Shown here piece by piece: positions 1 through 10,174 of a stretch of 64,000 bases of DNA (position 1 is its first letter; every line of letters begins with the position of its first letter). The translations under genes were made by a program, and so were the position numbers. The notes under the pieces are model-generated. The model was not told where the DNA came from. It did no database searches and saw only the letters and a program-made list of their open reading frames with translations. Origin of the DNA: Methylobacillus sp. (GTDB lineage Bacteria > Pseudomonadota > Gammaproteobacteria > Burkholderiales > Methylophilaceae); assembly GCF_036844465.1 (NCBI RefSeq), contig NZ_DAIUFW010000009.1:4839-68838 (forward strand). Direction: 5' to 3'.

Positions 1-258
1 GAGCCACGCTTGGACCCAAGCAAGGTTGCTGACGATCTGGGGATGGACCAATCCCTGACGGTTTGCACGAACGTCACGCAAAAGGTATTGGAGGTAGGCA
101 ATCCCTTTCCCAGTGCTGATATCGAGCAGCACGCCATCCTGAGGGTTGTCGCGAGCGATCCAAAGCGTTCGCGGCAACTGTTGCGCGTGAGCAGGGAGAG
201 GTAGCGCCGTGGCAACAGCAGCGCTGGCTGCAAATAACAGGAAATCTCGACGATTCAT
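1..258 (-). CDS. Partial CDS (N-terminus only): Tat-signal DUF882/YcbK(MepK)-like peptidase
   Basis: Own translation from ATG 258-256 gives MNRRDFLLFAASAAVATALPLPAHAQQLPRTLWIARDNPQDGVLLDISTGKGIAYLQYLLRDVRANRQGLVHPQIVSNLAWVQAWL, open to the window edge. It has a twin-arginine leader. The start overlaps the stop of the upstream ORF (TGATG). It is absent from the ORF track because there is no stop in the window. Confidence 0.5.
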   Translation of the reverse strand, partial: MNRRDFLLFAASAAVATALPLPAHAQQLPRTLWIARDNPQDGVLLDISTGKGIAYLQYLLRDVRANRQGLVHPQIVSNLAWVQAWL

Positions 259-1217
259 CACGCCGGAGTCCCAAAGTGGGCGGACCAATTCAGTCGGCCG
301 TACTTAGATAGATATCGTCTCCCCGCAGCAACGTCGTCTTGATGCGAGCGAACCGGGTTTTTCCCTGTGAGATACCAGTGACCGACGAAATCGCTGACGA
401 TGTACTCCTCGTCCAGCATCACCAGGCTCTTTTCCCAATCCTTCAACGTGATTGTCGGCTCCATATCGATTGCACGCCGGTAAAGCTCATGCACGTTGAG
501 TCCGGGGTGTGACCAGAGCAAATCGCAAATGATCGCTGCACTTTTTCCATTCAAGAAATATGCGTGATTTTCGATGAATGCTGGCACCGGGTCGATCAGA
601 AACGGAAACTCGTGTTGGAAGCGCAGTTGCCTTAGCCAGAACTCGTAGTGGAACCGAAGTCTTATTACATCAGGCCGGACATACTCTCCAATCGTCTCGC
701 AGCACAATGCAAAATTAATTCCTTCCCGTCCTTCACCCTCATGCTCTTCTCTGCCAAAGATGAAACGAACCGCCTGCATCACTCTTTCGTGCGAGTAGAC
801 GATGTTCTTCGGGCGCTTCGTTGGGTAGGCAAGCTCTGGCAACAGTGCAGTTGCGTAGTGCATGATGATCTGGAATGCCTGGCGTGGAGGGCCTTCCTCG
901 AAGTCTTCTGCCGTAACAACGCCCTCTGTGTCCTTGATATTCAGGGTACTAAGGGCCGCTTGAATCTTCTGACTTGCAGATGATTCAGCTTCCGCTTCCG
1001 CGAAGTCATCAAAACTGAAGTCTGCCGCGAAATCGTCAAGAGAATCCGCGACATCCAGTTCCTCAAGGTCGGTCCCTTCTGCAAAAAATTGCTCAAAGGG
1101 GGGAGGGTCACCTTTCAAGACTTCAAGACTATTCTCTTCAAGCCATTTATCGCTGAACACAACCTCGTCTGCAACTTCAATAGCCTCTTCAAGGGCATCC
1201 TTCTTGATTTTGCTCAC
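258..1217 (-). CDS. Hypothetical protein with acidic N-terminal half, last gene of the traD operon
   Basis: 319-aa ORF on the same strand as traD, 21 nt downstream of the preceding ORF. No motif recognised. Confidence 0.55.
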   Translation of the reverse strand: MSKIKKDALEEAIEVADEVVFSDKWLEENSLEVLKGDPPPFEQFFAEGTDLEELDVADSLDDFAADFSFDDFAEAEAESSASQKIQAALSTLNIKDTEGVVTAEDFEEGPPRQAFQIIMHYATALLPELAYPTKRPKNIVYSHERVMQAVRFIFGREEHEGEGREGINFALCCETIGEYVRPDVIRLRFHYEFWLRQLRFQHEFPFLIDPVPAFIENHAYFLNGKSAAIICDLLWSHPGLNVHELYRRAIDMEPTITLKDWEKSLVMLDEEYIVSDFVGHWYLTGKNPVRSHQDDVAAGRRYLSKYGRLNWSAHFGTPA

Positions 1218-1238
1218 GTCTCAATCCATCCTCATCGG

Positions 1239-1544
1239 TCAAGTCTTGATCTTCTCTTTTGCTGCCCCACCTATCTGGCTTTCATCGGGAGACAAAAAGA
1301 CTTGCTTTCTGCTATTAAAGAGATGCCAGATCAACGTAACGTGCGCCTTGTAAATTCCCTTTATCAGATAGATGACTGTATTGAAGACGCGAGTACCGGT
1401 CTCGCCCCCAACGACTCCGACAAACTTCATAAACATTTCACGAGTTGCCGGAATGAGCATCAAGATGAGGAATATCGCAAGACCGTAGAAAAGTGACTTG
1501 CGAATTCCGTCAACCAACATCTCTCCGAGTGACCATTCGTTCAT
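1239..1544 (-). CDS. Small inner-membrane protein encoded directly downstream of traD (same position as the small membrane gene after traD in SXT-like elements)
   Basis: 101 aa with two or three hydrophobic segments (LAIFLILMLIPAT, VFNTVIYLIKGIY). The start overlaps the traD stop by 4 nt. Confidence 0.55.
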   Translation of the reverse strand: MNEWSLGEMLVDGIRKSLFYGLAIFLILMLIPATREMFMKFVGVVGGETGTRVFNTVIYLIKGIYKAHVTLIWHLFNSRKQVFLSPDESQIGGAAKEKIKT

Positions 1545-3247
1545 GACATTTTCCGGGAGAGATATTTTTCCGCGTTCTTGAAGAAGTCTGCACCTTTGAC
1601 GGCACGCTTCCTGAATCTGTGCACACGTGGTTTTCCGAACTTCTTCGCTTCTTGAGAATCGAATTTCAGCATGGGTATTTTGAGGTGGTGCACCTGATCA
1701 CCGCCATAGAGCATCACGCACTCACCTTTCCCAAGCGCCTTGAGCTGATCGGCGCTAACCCGGTTTTCCTCTTGCTCCTTGTAGGTCACCGTCTCGCTGA
1801 GACCCTCGCTTTCGCTGGCTGCGGGGTCGAGACGAAGAAGCTGGGAGCTGGTCCCCTTATTTCGCGCCTCCGCAACTTGCCGTACGTTGACGATGTGCAT
1901 TCCCGCGACTTCCGCCATCTCTTCCGCAGACGCCTGCGTTCCGACCTTGAAAATCAGCTTCGTCCAGGTGTTTCCGATGACCATCTCGGCAAACTCTTCA
2001 CTGATCGCTTTGAAGTTCGCCATGGTCTGGGCGGCCGGACAGAGGATCACTCGGGCAGAGCGAGCTTGCTCAAAAGGCCTTGTCATGTTCATGGAAACGT
2101 ACCCGCCTGCTTCGTCCATGAAGAAGAAGTGAGGTATCTGAAGCTTGTTTTCTTCGGGTAGATCCTGAAGCCACGAGATCGACGTTCTAAAATCAGAGAT
2201 GAACATCTTGGCGAAGTTCATCGCTGCTTCGTTCTTCCCCATCGTAGGCAACTGAACATAGATGATCTTGTTGTTCATAATTGCTTCGAAGAGGTTCAAA
2301 TCTGGCGTGTACGAGTTCAGTACTTCACCGAATTTTCCTGTTCCCAACAGATACATGCGTTGCCCAATGCCACCGAACACTTCCTTCAGCCGTTTCATGT
2401 CGATGGTGGCATCTGCGCCAGGCTTAGCCGAATACCGAAACTGATCGACAAAAAGACTAAAGGCTCTAGCCTCATCGGAGTTTGGGGCGACCTCCATGAG
2501 CTTGCGCTCAAGCTCTTCAAGAGCCTTGGAGTTCATCAGCATGACCGCGAAGTCAATGAAGTTGTAGGCCAATCCGGCCTTTTTCATTGCTGAAACCAGA
2601 GTCACGATGCCTTGGTGCGCGGCCTTTCTGTAGTAGTCCGTTCCCGGATTGGAGTCATTCTGAGGAATGGTTGAGATCGGCCGGTCAGCAATCTCGTCTG
2701 GATCACCATAGAGCAACGGATTGTAGGTGTTGCTCATTTCGGGCCGGCCGGGGTTGATGATGAAAAGGTCACGCTCCCGACCGCACCAGGCGCACATCTG
2801 CCAGATTTTTTGCAGTTCCTCGTCCGTCATCTTGCCGTCGATGAACGTGAGCCCGCCCCCGCGTGCAATCTGCTGAAAGATCAGGTTGGCGCCCAGGACG
2901 GTCTTGCCAACGCCGCTTTGACCCAGAATGAACAGATGCCGCATGAGGTCTTCGTCCGGCACATACACGGGCCTTCCGTCCTCGACCTTGTAGCCAATAA
3001 GCATTCCCGCTCCTCCAGCCAGATCAGGGGTTTTGGCTGACGACGAGATCGCTACGTTCGAGTCGAACGCAGCCTTTGAGAAAGACACCTTCTCCAGCAC
3101 CCGATAGCCCAGCCACGTAGTACCGGCCATTGCCAGCGCAGCCGCATGCTGGGGATCGACCCCTACAAACGGAGTTGTTGCAGCGACTGCTGCGCCAAGA
3201 CTGCAAAGGGCAACCGCATCAGAGCATCCGCCAAGTCGTGGAAGCAT
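1541..3247 (-). CDS. traD: Type IV coupling protein TraD (SXT/IncA-C-like)
   Basis: 568 aa with Walker A GQSGVGKT, Walker B FFFMDEAG and hydrophobic N-terminal segments. Confidence 0.85.
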   Translation of the reverse strand: MLPRLGGCSDAVALCSLGAAVAATTPFVGVDPQHAAALAMAGTTWLGYRVLEKVSFSKAAFDSNVAISSSAKTPDLAGGAGMLIGYKVEDGRPVYVPDEDLMRHLFILGQSGVGKTVLGANLIFQQIARGGGLTFIDGKMTDEELQKIWQMCAWCGRERDLFIINPGRPEMSNTYNPLLYGDPDEIADRPISTIPQNDSNPGTDYYRKAAHQGIVTLVSAMKKAGLAYNFIDFAVMLMNSKALEELERKLMEVAPNSDEARAFSLFVDQFRYSAKPGADATIDMKRLKEVFGGIGQRMYLLGTGKFGEVLNSYTPDLNLFEAIMNNKIIYVQLPTMGKNEAAMNFAKMFISDFRTSISWLQDLPEENKLQIPHFFFMDEAGGYVSMNMTRPFEQARSARVILCPAAQTMANFKAISEEFAEMVIGNTWTKLIFKVGTQASAEEMAEVAGMHIVNVRQVAEARNKGTSSQLLRLDPAASESEGLSETVTYKEQEENRVSADQLKALGKGECVMLYGGDQVHHLKIPMLKFDSQEAKKFGKPRVHRFRKRAVKGADFFKNAEKYLSRKMS

Positions 3248-3309
3248 TTGATATCCTTCTGGGTGACAGTTACTATTCCATTTGTCTTTTCTTGTAAGGT
3301 TATCACACG

Positions 3310-4047
3310 ATGCTTTCGAAATTCGCTCGAACTCTGTCTGTTACCGCTCTGGCCGCCGCTTGTGTGGTGGGCAGTGCGTTTGCTGCAACCACCGAAGAGG
3401 CAGAACTTAAGGCCTACCTGGAGAAGACCTATCCCAACACTCCGATCGCTGAAGTCAAGCACTCTCCGGTGCCTGGGATCTTTCAAGTGACTATGGGGCG
3501 TACGGTCGCTTTCGCAGACAAATCGGGGCGTTACTTGATCTTTGGCCCGATGTTCGACATGAAGGAACAAGTCGACCTGACCGCAGAGGCCCGCAACAAC
3601 CTGTCACGCGCCAAGTGGGACTCGCTTCCGCTCGATCTTGCTTTCAAGGTGGTCAAGGGCGACGGAAGCAGGAAGTTCGCCGTATTCACCGACCCTGATT
3701 GTCCGTTCTGCAAGCGATTCGAGCAGGAACTCATGAAGCTGGACAACTACACCATGCATGTCTTCCTGAGTCCGATCGCGTCCTTGCATCCGAGCGCCAA
3801 AGAGAAGGCTGAATCCGTGTGGTGCTCCAAAGACAGAGCACAGGCCTGGACGGCAATGATGGTCGAAGGGGTGACGCCCCCCGTCGCGACGTGCGACAAC
3901 CCGCTTGAGAAGATCGAGCGCCTGTCACGCGAAATTGGTGTTTCCGGAACCCCGTCCTTGGTCCGCGACGACGGCACCTTCAAGGCCGGCTACATGCCCG
4001 TGGCCGCCATGGACGCATGGCTTAACGACTCGAGCGCGAAACGATGA
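3310..4047 (+). CDS. dsbC: Periplasmic thiol:disulfide interchange protein DsbC-like
   Basis: Signal peptide and CxxC motif DPDCPFCKRFE. About 245 aa, divergent from traD. Confidence 0.8.
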   Translation: MLSKFARTLSVTALAAACVVGSAFAATTEEAELKAYLEKTYPNTPIAEVKHSPVPGIFQVTMGRTVAFADKSGRYLIFGPMFDMKEQVDLTAEARNNLSRAKWDSLPLDLAFKVVKGDGSRKFAVFTDPDCPFCKRFEQELMKLDNYTMHVFLSPIASLHPSAKEKAESVWCSKDRAQAWTAMMVEGVTPPVATCDNPLEKIERLSREIGVSGTPSLVRDDGTFKAGYMPVAAMDAWLNDSSAKR

Positions 4048-4679
4048 ATCCAGTGCGGCCAGGAACCAAGATCCTGCTCGCCTGCTTGACCGCGCTAATG
4101 TGCTCCTCAGCTTCCGCCGAGCGCATCGGCTCAACGTATGGGCAAACATGGCCGATCGCTGAGCCAGACATGGTTGAACAGATCAAGGATCTCATCAAAC
4201 GGCTTCAGTCGAATGGCGAGATGAATGCAATGCAACGGCGCTTTCAAGAAGAAACGCTTGCGGCATTCTCTGACCCTCCCCCAGTTCCAGGGATCAGTTA
4301 CGCCACAGAGAACAAGACTTGGCACTTCGATCCGTCTGTCAGTTTTTCCGAGGATGTAGTCGACGAACAAGGGCGGGTCGTAGCAAAAGCGGGCGTCGTC
4401 TACAACCCCTTCAACTACATCGCCCTCTCCAAGTCACTCGTCTTTATCGATGCTCGGGATGAGAAGCAGGTTTCTATCGCTGCTCGCTACCTTGAGGAAA
4501 ATCCGCTCAATCGAGTGGTGCTGGTCGGAGGCTCCTGGCGTGAGCTCCAAGACCGCTGGAAAGTGAAGATCTACTACGACCAGCACGGAAAACTGACCCA
4601 GCACTTCGGTATCAAGCGCGTTCCAGCAGTCCTCTCTCAAGATGGAATGAAGATACGCGTCGATGAGGTAACCCAATGA
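4044..4679 (+). CDS. traW: F-type conjugative transfer protein TraW
   Basis: Collinear with F TraW as remembered: WPIAEPDM, PPVPGI, FDPSV, YYDQHG..GI..VPAV. Has a signal peptide. Confidence 0.8.
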   Translation: MNPVRPGTKILLACLTALMCSSASAERIGSTYGQTWPIAEPDMVEQIKDLIKRLQSNGEMNAMQRRFQEETLAAFSDPPPVPGISYATENKTWHFDPSVSFSEDVVDEQGRVVAKAGVVYNPFNYIALSKSLVFIDARDEKQVSIAARYLEENPLNRVVLVGGSWRELQDRWKVKIYYDQHGKLTQHFGIKRVPAVLSQDGMKIRVDEVTQ

Positions 4680-5731
4680 TCAAGCGTCTCTTGCCCCTCA
4701 TCGCATTCGTTCTTGCGCTGTTGACGCCTCTCCCGTCCTTCGCGCAAACCTGCCCCGGTAAATTTCCCAATCCACTAACGGATATCTGTTGGAGTTGCAT
4801 GTTTCCAATTCGCATCTTCAATGCAAACGTCCTTTCTATGGGACAAGAAGATGCTCTGACTCGAGACAGCTCTCTGCTATGCAGCTGTCTGGATAAAGGG
4901 GGTAGTACGGTTTTTGGCGTTCCAGTGGAATTCTGGGAGCAATCGCGCTTTGCAGAGGTCGTCAACGAGCCTTATTGCTACCCGATGCTTGGCGGTATGC
5001 AGTTGGACATCTCTTTTCGAGGCCTGATTGGCGGAACAACAGAAGAGATCACAACCGCTACAGACTATGACCAAGGTGCCATCCGTTCCGGCGAAAAGTC
5101 GTTCCGCAATATCAACTATTACGTCTCGCCCTTCATGTTCATCATGCAAACGGTGATGGACAACGATTGCATGGAGAAACTCAACTTCGACCTGGCCTAC
5201 ACATCGAACCTTGACCCTATGTGGGACGATCCGGAGCTCGCGGGAATCATCACCCCATACATGTATGCCTTCGCTGACACTGCTGCTCAAAATGCCTGCG
5301 CAGTCGACTGTGGGGCTGCCGCGGTGGGCTTTCCGATCTCCAGTCTGTTCTGGTGCGCAGGTTGCAACGGCGGAACATATCCACTGACAGGCGATAACAC
5401 ATCGCATCTTTCCGCCGAGCAAACGGGACGACTGCTGACTCAGCGGTTGCTGGCAAAGATGCATGCATCTGGAATGATCTGGGCCACACATGGTAGCGAC
5501 GCGATGTGCCGTGTAGGGTATCCGATGCTGATGATGGATAAGCGTGCCTATAAGGTGTCCCGCACCTTTTACATTCCCCAAAGAAAGGTTGCCGGCCGGT
5601 GTTGCGATCCTCTGGGCCGAATGACTGATCTTGCCGAAATAGGAGCAGAAGTTCCCGTCTATGGCAAAGACATGGGCTACACCATTTTCCGCAAACGTCA
5701 TTGCTGCCAGGGAGTTGTAGACCTGCAATGA
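4676..5731 (+). CDS. traU: F-type conjugative transfer protein TraU
   Basis: Signal peptide and the hallmark motif NPLTDICWSCMFPIRIF. Cys-rich. Confidence 0.85.
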   Translation: MIKRLLPLIAFVLALLTPLPSFAQTCPGKFPNPLTDICWSCMFPIRIFNANVLSMGQEDALTRDSSLLCSCLDKGGSTVFGVPVEFWEQSRFAEVVNEPYCYPMLGGMQLDISFRGLIGGTTEEITTATDYDQGAIRSGEKSFRNINYYVSPFMFIMQTVMDNDCMEKLNFDLAYTSNLDPMWDDPELAGIITPYMYAFADTAAQNACAVDCGAAAVGFPISSLFWCAGCNGGTYPLTGDNTSHLSAEQTGRLLTQRLLAKMHASGMIWATHGSDAMCRVGYPMLMMDKRAYKVSRTFYIPQRKVAGRCCDPLGRMTDLAEIGAEVPVYGKDMGYTIFRKRHCCQGVVDLQ

Positions 5732-6492
5732 AAAAACAACTCGCGACCTTATTTCTCTCAACGCTTTCTGCTTATGCGTTCTCAGAGAATCTCCATCCGA
5801 CATCTACCGAATACGACAGGATCAGAACGGAATCGAAAGAGCTTTTTGACAAAGCCGACGTAAAGCTTAAAGACGATGAAGCACAGCTTCGTGTCGAAGG
5901 CATGGACTCAATGAATAAGGCCATGCGGGCAGCACGGGCCCTCAAAGGCACGAATCAGCTCGGCGTTACAACCGACGCAGCAGCAAAGAAGGCTGCAGGG
6001 GAAAAGGATTTCTCTGACCTCAACGAACTCGTCAAGCGGTACGAGAGTGCACGCACCTCCGAGGCTGCGCCGACAAACTCCGACGGCACCCTCATGCTGT
6101 TTGTCTCGTTCTCAATGCCACCCGACGTTATCCGCGAGTACTCGCGGCAGGCACAAGCCGCTGGGGCAACGCTCGTGCTTCGAGGTAACTACAAGGGCGG
6201 GACGGTTCGACGCACCACGGAGCAGGCCGGCGCACTAAACGCCGGCGGTGCTGGGTGGATTATCAATCCCGAGGTGTTCACCGGCTACAAGATCGACGCT
6301 GTACCCGCGTTAGTCCTGTCCCGTGACAATCTGAATGTCGACGACGAAGGCTGTTTTCCAGTTGGCGAGTACGCCTCCGTTTTTGGAGATATATCGATCA
6401 TCGGTTCTCTCGAGAAAATATCCCAGAGCGCAACCAAGCCAGAGATTCGACAACTTGCAGCTAAGCGGCTTGCGATGATCAAGGAGAAATAG
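5728..6492 (+). CDS. trbC: F-type pilus assembly protein TrbC
   Basis: ATG 5728 overlaps the traU stop (ATGA). Signal peptide MKKQLATLFLSTLSAYA. Motifs LFVSFSMP...LVLRG...AVPALVL. Confidence 0.7.
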   Translation: MKKQLATLFLSTLSAYAFSENLHPTSTEYDRIRTESKELFDKADVKLKDDEAQLRVEGMDSMNKAMRAARALKGTNQLGVTTDAAAKKAAGEKDFSDLNELVKRYESARTSEAAPTNSDGTLMLFVSFSMPPDVIREYSRQAQAAGATLVLRGNYKGGTVRRTTEQAGALNAGGAGWIINPEVFTGYKIDAVPALVLSRDNLNVDDEGCFPVGEYASVFGDISIIGSLEKISQSATKPEIRQLAAKRLAMIKEK

Positions 6493-6494
6493 CC

Positions 6495-8708
6495 GTGTTC
6501 ATAGAGAGTGCTTTCTTCAAGTTCTTGGCAAGGTTCATGGCCTTCTGGGTTTGCTTCACGTCTGTTGTTTATGCAGTCGATCCATACTCGGAAGCAAGTA
6601 ACCTCTCGAATCTCGTCCGCCCCGGATCAACTTTTGACATCTATCAACAAGCCGAAGAAGCCCTGTCTTTTCCGGACGCAACAGCGGACGTACCGCAAGC
6701 CCTGAACTTTAGTTCGAACTTTGATCCGGGCCCTGGAGGACAAGCCCGTATCGACGCATGCGGCTCTGCAACACTCGACCCCAACAATCCCGCGCATATG
6801 GAGTGCTTTGCGGTAAATACCTCAACGCAAGCCAATATCGACATGTCTACAGGGCCGGCTCCAACCGATCCAATCTTTACGCAATCTAGGGTAATCCAAC
6901 AGAGTCCGAATTCGCAATTGAGCACGATGGGCTTCGGAATTACCGCTTCGCCGAACGCATGTGTTGCTGAGGATTTCGAACGAGCTACTTTCCGGACTGA
7001 GACATGTAATGAGGGGCGGATCGTTGATGAAGCCTGGTGCTCTTACAACCTGAATGTCACCGTGTCGAGCGTTAATCGTAGCTGCACCCGCCCTGTTGGG
7101 GGTTCATGCTCGATTACGCCCCCGGCCCCGATACAGGTATGCACGAACACGTGGCAAAAACCCCTTGAAACGACATGCCGTATGGAAAGCCCGGTTTGTA
7201 CCAAAACTGGCACGACCTGCGTTGGCGGCTATTGGGACCCGATCTACGAAACGCGCAACATCGTCGATCCGGAAACTGGCGCGGTTACCGGTACTGAACA
7301 AGTTCAAGTCGGCGAAACCTGGGTATGTACGACCGAGCAAGACACCTACGTTTGCAGGACTATCTCCTCCGAAACATGGGTGAATAATTGCGGCCACCTC
7401 GAGTCAAATCCACGGTGCGACTTTGAGAATGAGCCTGACCCGGATAACCCTGGCCTTGTCCCTGAGGCGCACTGCAGCGATTACGGCACACGAATTATCA
7501 ACGGCCGTGCAATAACACGGTGCTGGTCGCAATCGTTACCCTTCGGATGCATCACTGATCGATTCGAGGAAGGCTGCGGCGCGATGGAGGCGCTCTCTTG
7601 CCGGCAGCAAGGAGAGCGGACATGTGCCAAGACATTCCCCACGACGAAGCGTGGACTTGATGGAGTAATTGTCGCAAACCCATACGCGAGCCAGTGTGAA
7701 ACCTTCGCAAGGAACTATGAGTGCCCTCTTGATAGCGCATCTATTCCAGTCGACAACTGCTCATCACAGCAAGTTTGCGTTACTGATAACAATGGAGTTA
7801 CAAAATGCTGGGACTCCGGATACACATCTAACCAAGAAGATTTCCTGCAGGCTGCCGCAGCAATGGAGTTTGCAAAAGAGGCCGGCACTTATCTGAATCC
7901 AGACACGTTCCGCCTCTTTTCAGGAAGCTCTGAGCGATGCCGTTACCGTAACAAAGGCATCTCAATCAAATGTTGCCAAAGTTCAGGTGGAGCTCAAAGC
8001 AATAACGATGTTGTCTCTGAGTTCGTATCGGCGGCTACGGTATCAGCTGTAATGACGGGCATCGACTACGTCTGGTACAAGTCTGCGCCCTACGTTTATG
8101 ACTTCATGTACAGCTCGACTCAACCATTTCTTTCTGCGGTTGGTATGGAGGGATGGATTTCCAATAGCTGGACAAATGTCACTTTCAATCCGAGCTTCAG
8201 TTTCTATGGATTCACCTTTGCCTATAACATGCCGACCATTCCTCTTATCGGCGGGGCTATACCTGGCACAACGACATTGGCGACAAATATCGCTGGAACC
8301 AATTTCAATCTTTACTTCAACCCGTACCTCTTCGCCTTGATGGTATTGCTTTACATCTACTTCGAATTGACATCCTGCACAGAAGCCGAGCAGATGCTTT
8401 CAATGAAGAAAGGCGCGGGGCTATGTACTCAAGTCGGGAGGCGGTGTAGCGGTCGCATTCTAAAGACCTGCCGACGCAGCTACTGCTGCTACAACTCAGA
8501 GCTGGCGAAGATTATCGGTGACGCGGGCAGAGCACAGCTGGGAACTGGCGCAAGCTGCGCAGGCCTTACCGCTGCCCAGTTCCAGAGCCTTAACTTCGGC
8601 GCAATCGACTTCAGTCCTTTCTACGCCGATTTGATGAATTCGACGGGGCAGCCTGGGGCAGACTTCGCTCGCCAACGCGTAATTGAATCAATGAGCGGGT
8701 ACGACTAA
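6495..8708 (+). CDS. traN: F-type mating-pair stabilisation protein TraN
   Basis: 737 aa with a GTG start and a signal peptide. Very Cys-rich, with C-terminal CCQSSGG and SYCCYNSELAKII motifs. Confidence 0.8.
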   Translation: MFIESAFFKFLARFMAFWVCFTSVVYAVDPYSEASNLSNLVRPGSTFDIYQQAEEALSFPDATADVPQALNFSSNFDPGPGGQARIDACGSATLDPNNPAHMECFAVNTSTQANIDMSTGPAPTDPIFTQSRVIQQSPNSQLSTMGFGITASPNACVAEDFERATFRTETCNEGRIVDEAWCSYNLNVTVSSVNRSCTRPVGGSCSITPPAPIQVCTNTWQKPLETTCRMESPVCTKTGTTCVGGYWDPIYETRNIVDPETGAVTGTEQVQVGETWVCTTEQDTYVCRTISSETWVNNCGHLESNPRCDFENEPDPDNPGLVPEAHCSDYGTRIINGRAITRCWSQSLPFGCITDRFEEGCGAMEALSCRQQGERTCAKTFPTTKRGLDGVIVANPYASQCETFARNYECPLDSASIPVDNCSSQQVCVTDNNGVTKCWDSGYTSNQEDFLQAAAAMEFAKEAGTYLNPDTFRLFSGSSERCRYRNKGISIKCCQSSGGAQSNNDVVSEFVSAATVSAVMTGIDYVWYKSAPYVYDFMYSSTQPFLSAVGMEGWISNSWTNVTFNPSFSFYGFTFAYNMPTIPLIGGAIPGTTTLATNIAGTNFNLYFNPYLFALMVLLYIYFELTSCTEAEQMLSMKKGAGLCTQVGRRCSGRILKTCRRSYCCYNSELAKIIGDAGRAQLGTGASCAGLTAAQFQSLNFGAIDFSPFYADLMNSTGQPGADFARQRVIESMSGYD

Positions 8709-8759
8709 CCCTTGATGTGGAGCCTCATCCGACGATTAGGCTCCATTTTGGAGAAAATA

Positions 8760-9161
8760 ATGCAGAGACTGAAACTGAGCTTGATAGCGATTACTTTTCT
8801 TCTTCTCTCACCCTCTATCCAGGCTGGTGAGATTGCAGACCTGTTCGATATTGCATCGGAGAGGGGCAGGGCAGAAGGCGTAGTTACCGGCCGCTTTGAG
8901 CGCAATATTCGAGACTACACACAGGCAGTTGGTGATATTCACGCACTTGTCGTTGACGCCGGAAGAGAGGCCGGATGCCGAGTTTTTGATGTGCGCTTGA
9001 AGATGAGCGTGAAAACACAACAGGGTGGAGTTACCCCGTACGAGCAACCGATAAGGGTGCCCGTGTGCGAGAACGGCTTGCCGCCCCCAGGCTTTCTTCC
9101 GCCCGATATGTACAAGCGCCTCATGCAGAACTACGAAGAGACGAAGGGCGTCGCAGATTGA
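8760..9161 (+). CDS. Secreted hypothetical protein
   Basis: The internal ATG at 8760 has an SD (ggagaaaataATG) and a signal peptide MQRLKLSLIAITFLLLSPSIQA. Confidence 0.5.
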   Translation: MQRLKLSLIAITFLLLSPSIQAGEIADLFDIASERGRAEGVVTGRFERNIRDYTQAVGDIHALVVDAGREAGCRVFDVRLKMSVKTQQGGVTPYEQPIRVPVCENGLPPPGFLPPDMYKRLMQNYEETKGVAD

Positions 9162-9196
9162 GAAAATCGTAGCGCGTAGGGACGCCGGGGCGGTTT

Positions 9197-10153
9197 TTAG
9201 TAGGTTCGAGGCGGAAGGATCGCGGGCTGCTCCGCAAGCGTTCTCATGTACGACGTATCTTCGGGCTTTTTGAAGCGCTTGAACCAGTTCTGAGCAAAGC
9301 TCTGAGCCCTACGGGCTTCCTGAGTGGAAAGTCCAGCGAGGATCTGTGGAGTCTGTTTCGATCCGCTTCGCTCCATCCCCACTGCAATAAGACGGTACGC
9401 TCGGGATAGCATAAGGCTGTCTGCCGTTGATGCATCGTCATCATAGGTGGTGGCCACGATCCAGGCCGCATCTGAAATGTACGACTTCGCAGCATCCAGT
9501 AGGTATCCCCGAATCTGACGGCTCGATCCACCACTCGCCGTCCCTTCGTGAAGCATTTTCCCTGCGATATAGGCACCCATCGCCTCGCCTCGCGACGCTG
9601 CAAACTGCGCATTCTGCCAAGCGATACCGTACTCATTTCGCTTGTAATGATAAAGAGCCAAGTGGACGGCAGCTGCGGGTATCTGATCCTTGACGATGTT
9701 CATCGCGTACATCGCTCGCTTCTCATCGAACTGTATGCCTGACCCCTTCAGCTGCATGAGCGCGAAGTTGTATGTTCCCACCGCGTGCCCGGACTGAGCT
9801 GCCTGAGCGAAATAACGTGCGGCAATCGCAGCCACATCTTCCGCTTTCTTTTGGCGGCTAAGCCCCTCTGCATAAATGTGCCCCACGTAGTTCTGCGCGT
9901 CAGCGTTCCCTCGGTCGGCCAGCCGCTCGAGCCGCGCCAGTGCGTTCTTGTTGCGTCCCTTGAATGCCCTCCAGGCGCTTGTGGCTTCAGTGCTCTCAAC
10001 CCCTGTCGTCGCCCACGAACTTACAGAGCTCGCCGCATCGGCAGCGGCCTGTATTCCACGATCCACAAGACCCCTGGGCTCCTCGGCAATGACAGGAAAG
10101 CTCACTGTAAGCGCTGCAGCCAGTAGGGATGTCGGCAGTCTTCGTAGAAACAT
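9197..10153 (-). CDS. Secreted Sel1-repeat (TPR-like) protein
   Basis: Start trimmed to ATG 10153 (SD gggaga; signal peptide MFLRRLPTSLLAAALTVSFPVIA). Repeated A..G...A...LG..Y..G units. Confidence 0.7.
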   Translation of the reverse strand: MFLRRLPTSLLAAALTVSFPVIAEEPRGLVDRGIQAAADAASSVSSWATTGVESTEATSAWRAFKGRNKNALARLERLADRGNADAQNYVGHIYAEGLSRQKKAEDVAAIAARYFAQAAQSGHAVGTYNFALMQLKGSGIQFDEKRAMYAMNIVKDQIPAAAVHLALYHYKRNEYGIAWQNAQFAASRGEAMGAYIAGKMLHEGTASGGSSRQIRGYLLDAAKSYISDAAWIVATTYDDDASTADSLMLSRAYRLIAVGMERSGSKQTPQILAGLSTQEARRAQSFAQNWFKRFKKPEDTSYMRTLAEQPAILPPRTY

Positions 10154-10174
10154 TTGTGATTCTCCCTGCGTCGG

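Noticed and set aside
4877-5803. A 308-aa minus-strand ORF inside traU. Similar long antisense ORFs occur at 18453-19394 (in traC), 12370-13038, 30350-31045 (in parA), 45562-46137, 57497-58066, 61699-62382 and 62419-63045 (in parB).
   Set aside because: These are shadow ORFs opposite well-supported genes in GC-rich DNA. They are Arg/Ser/Pro-rich, with no motifs, no SD and no partner context.
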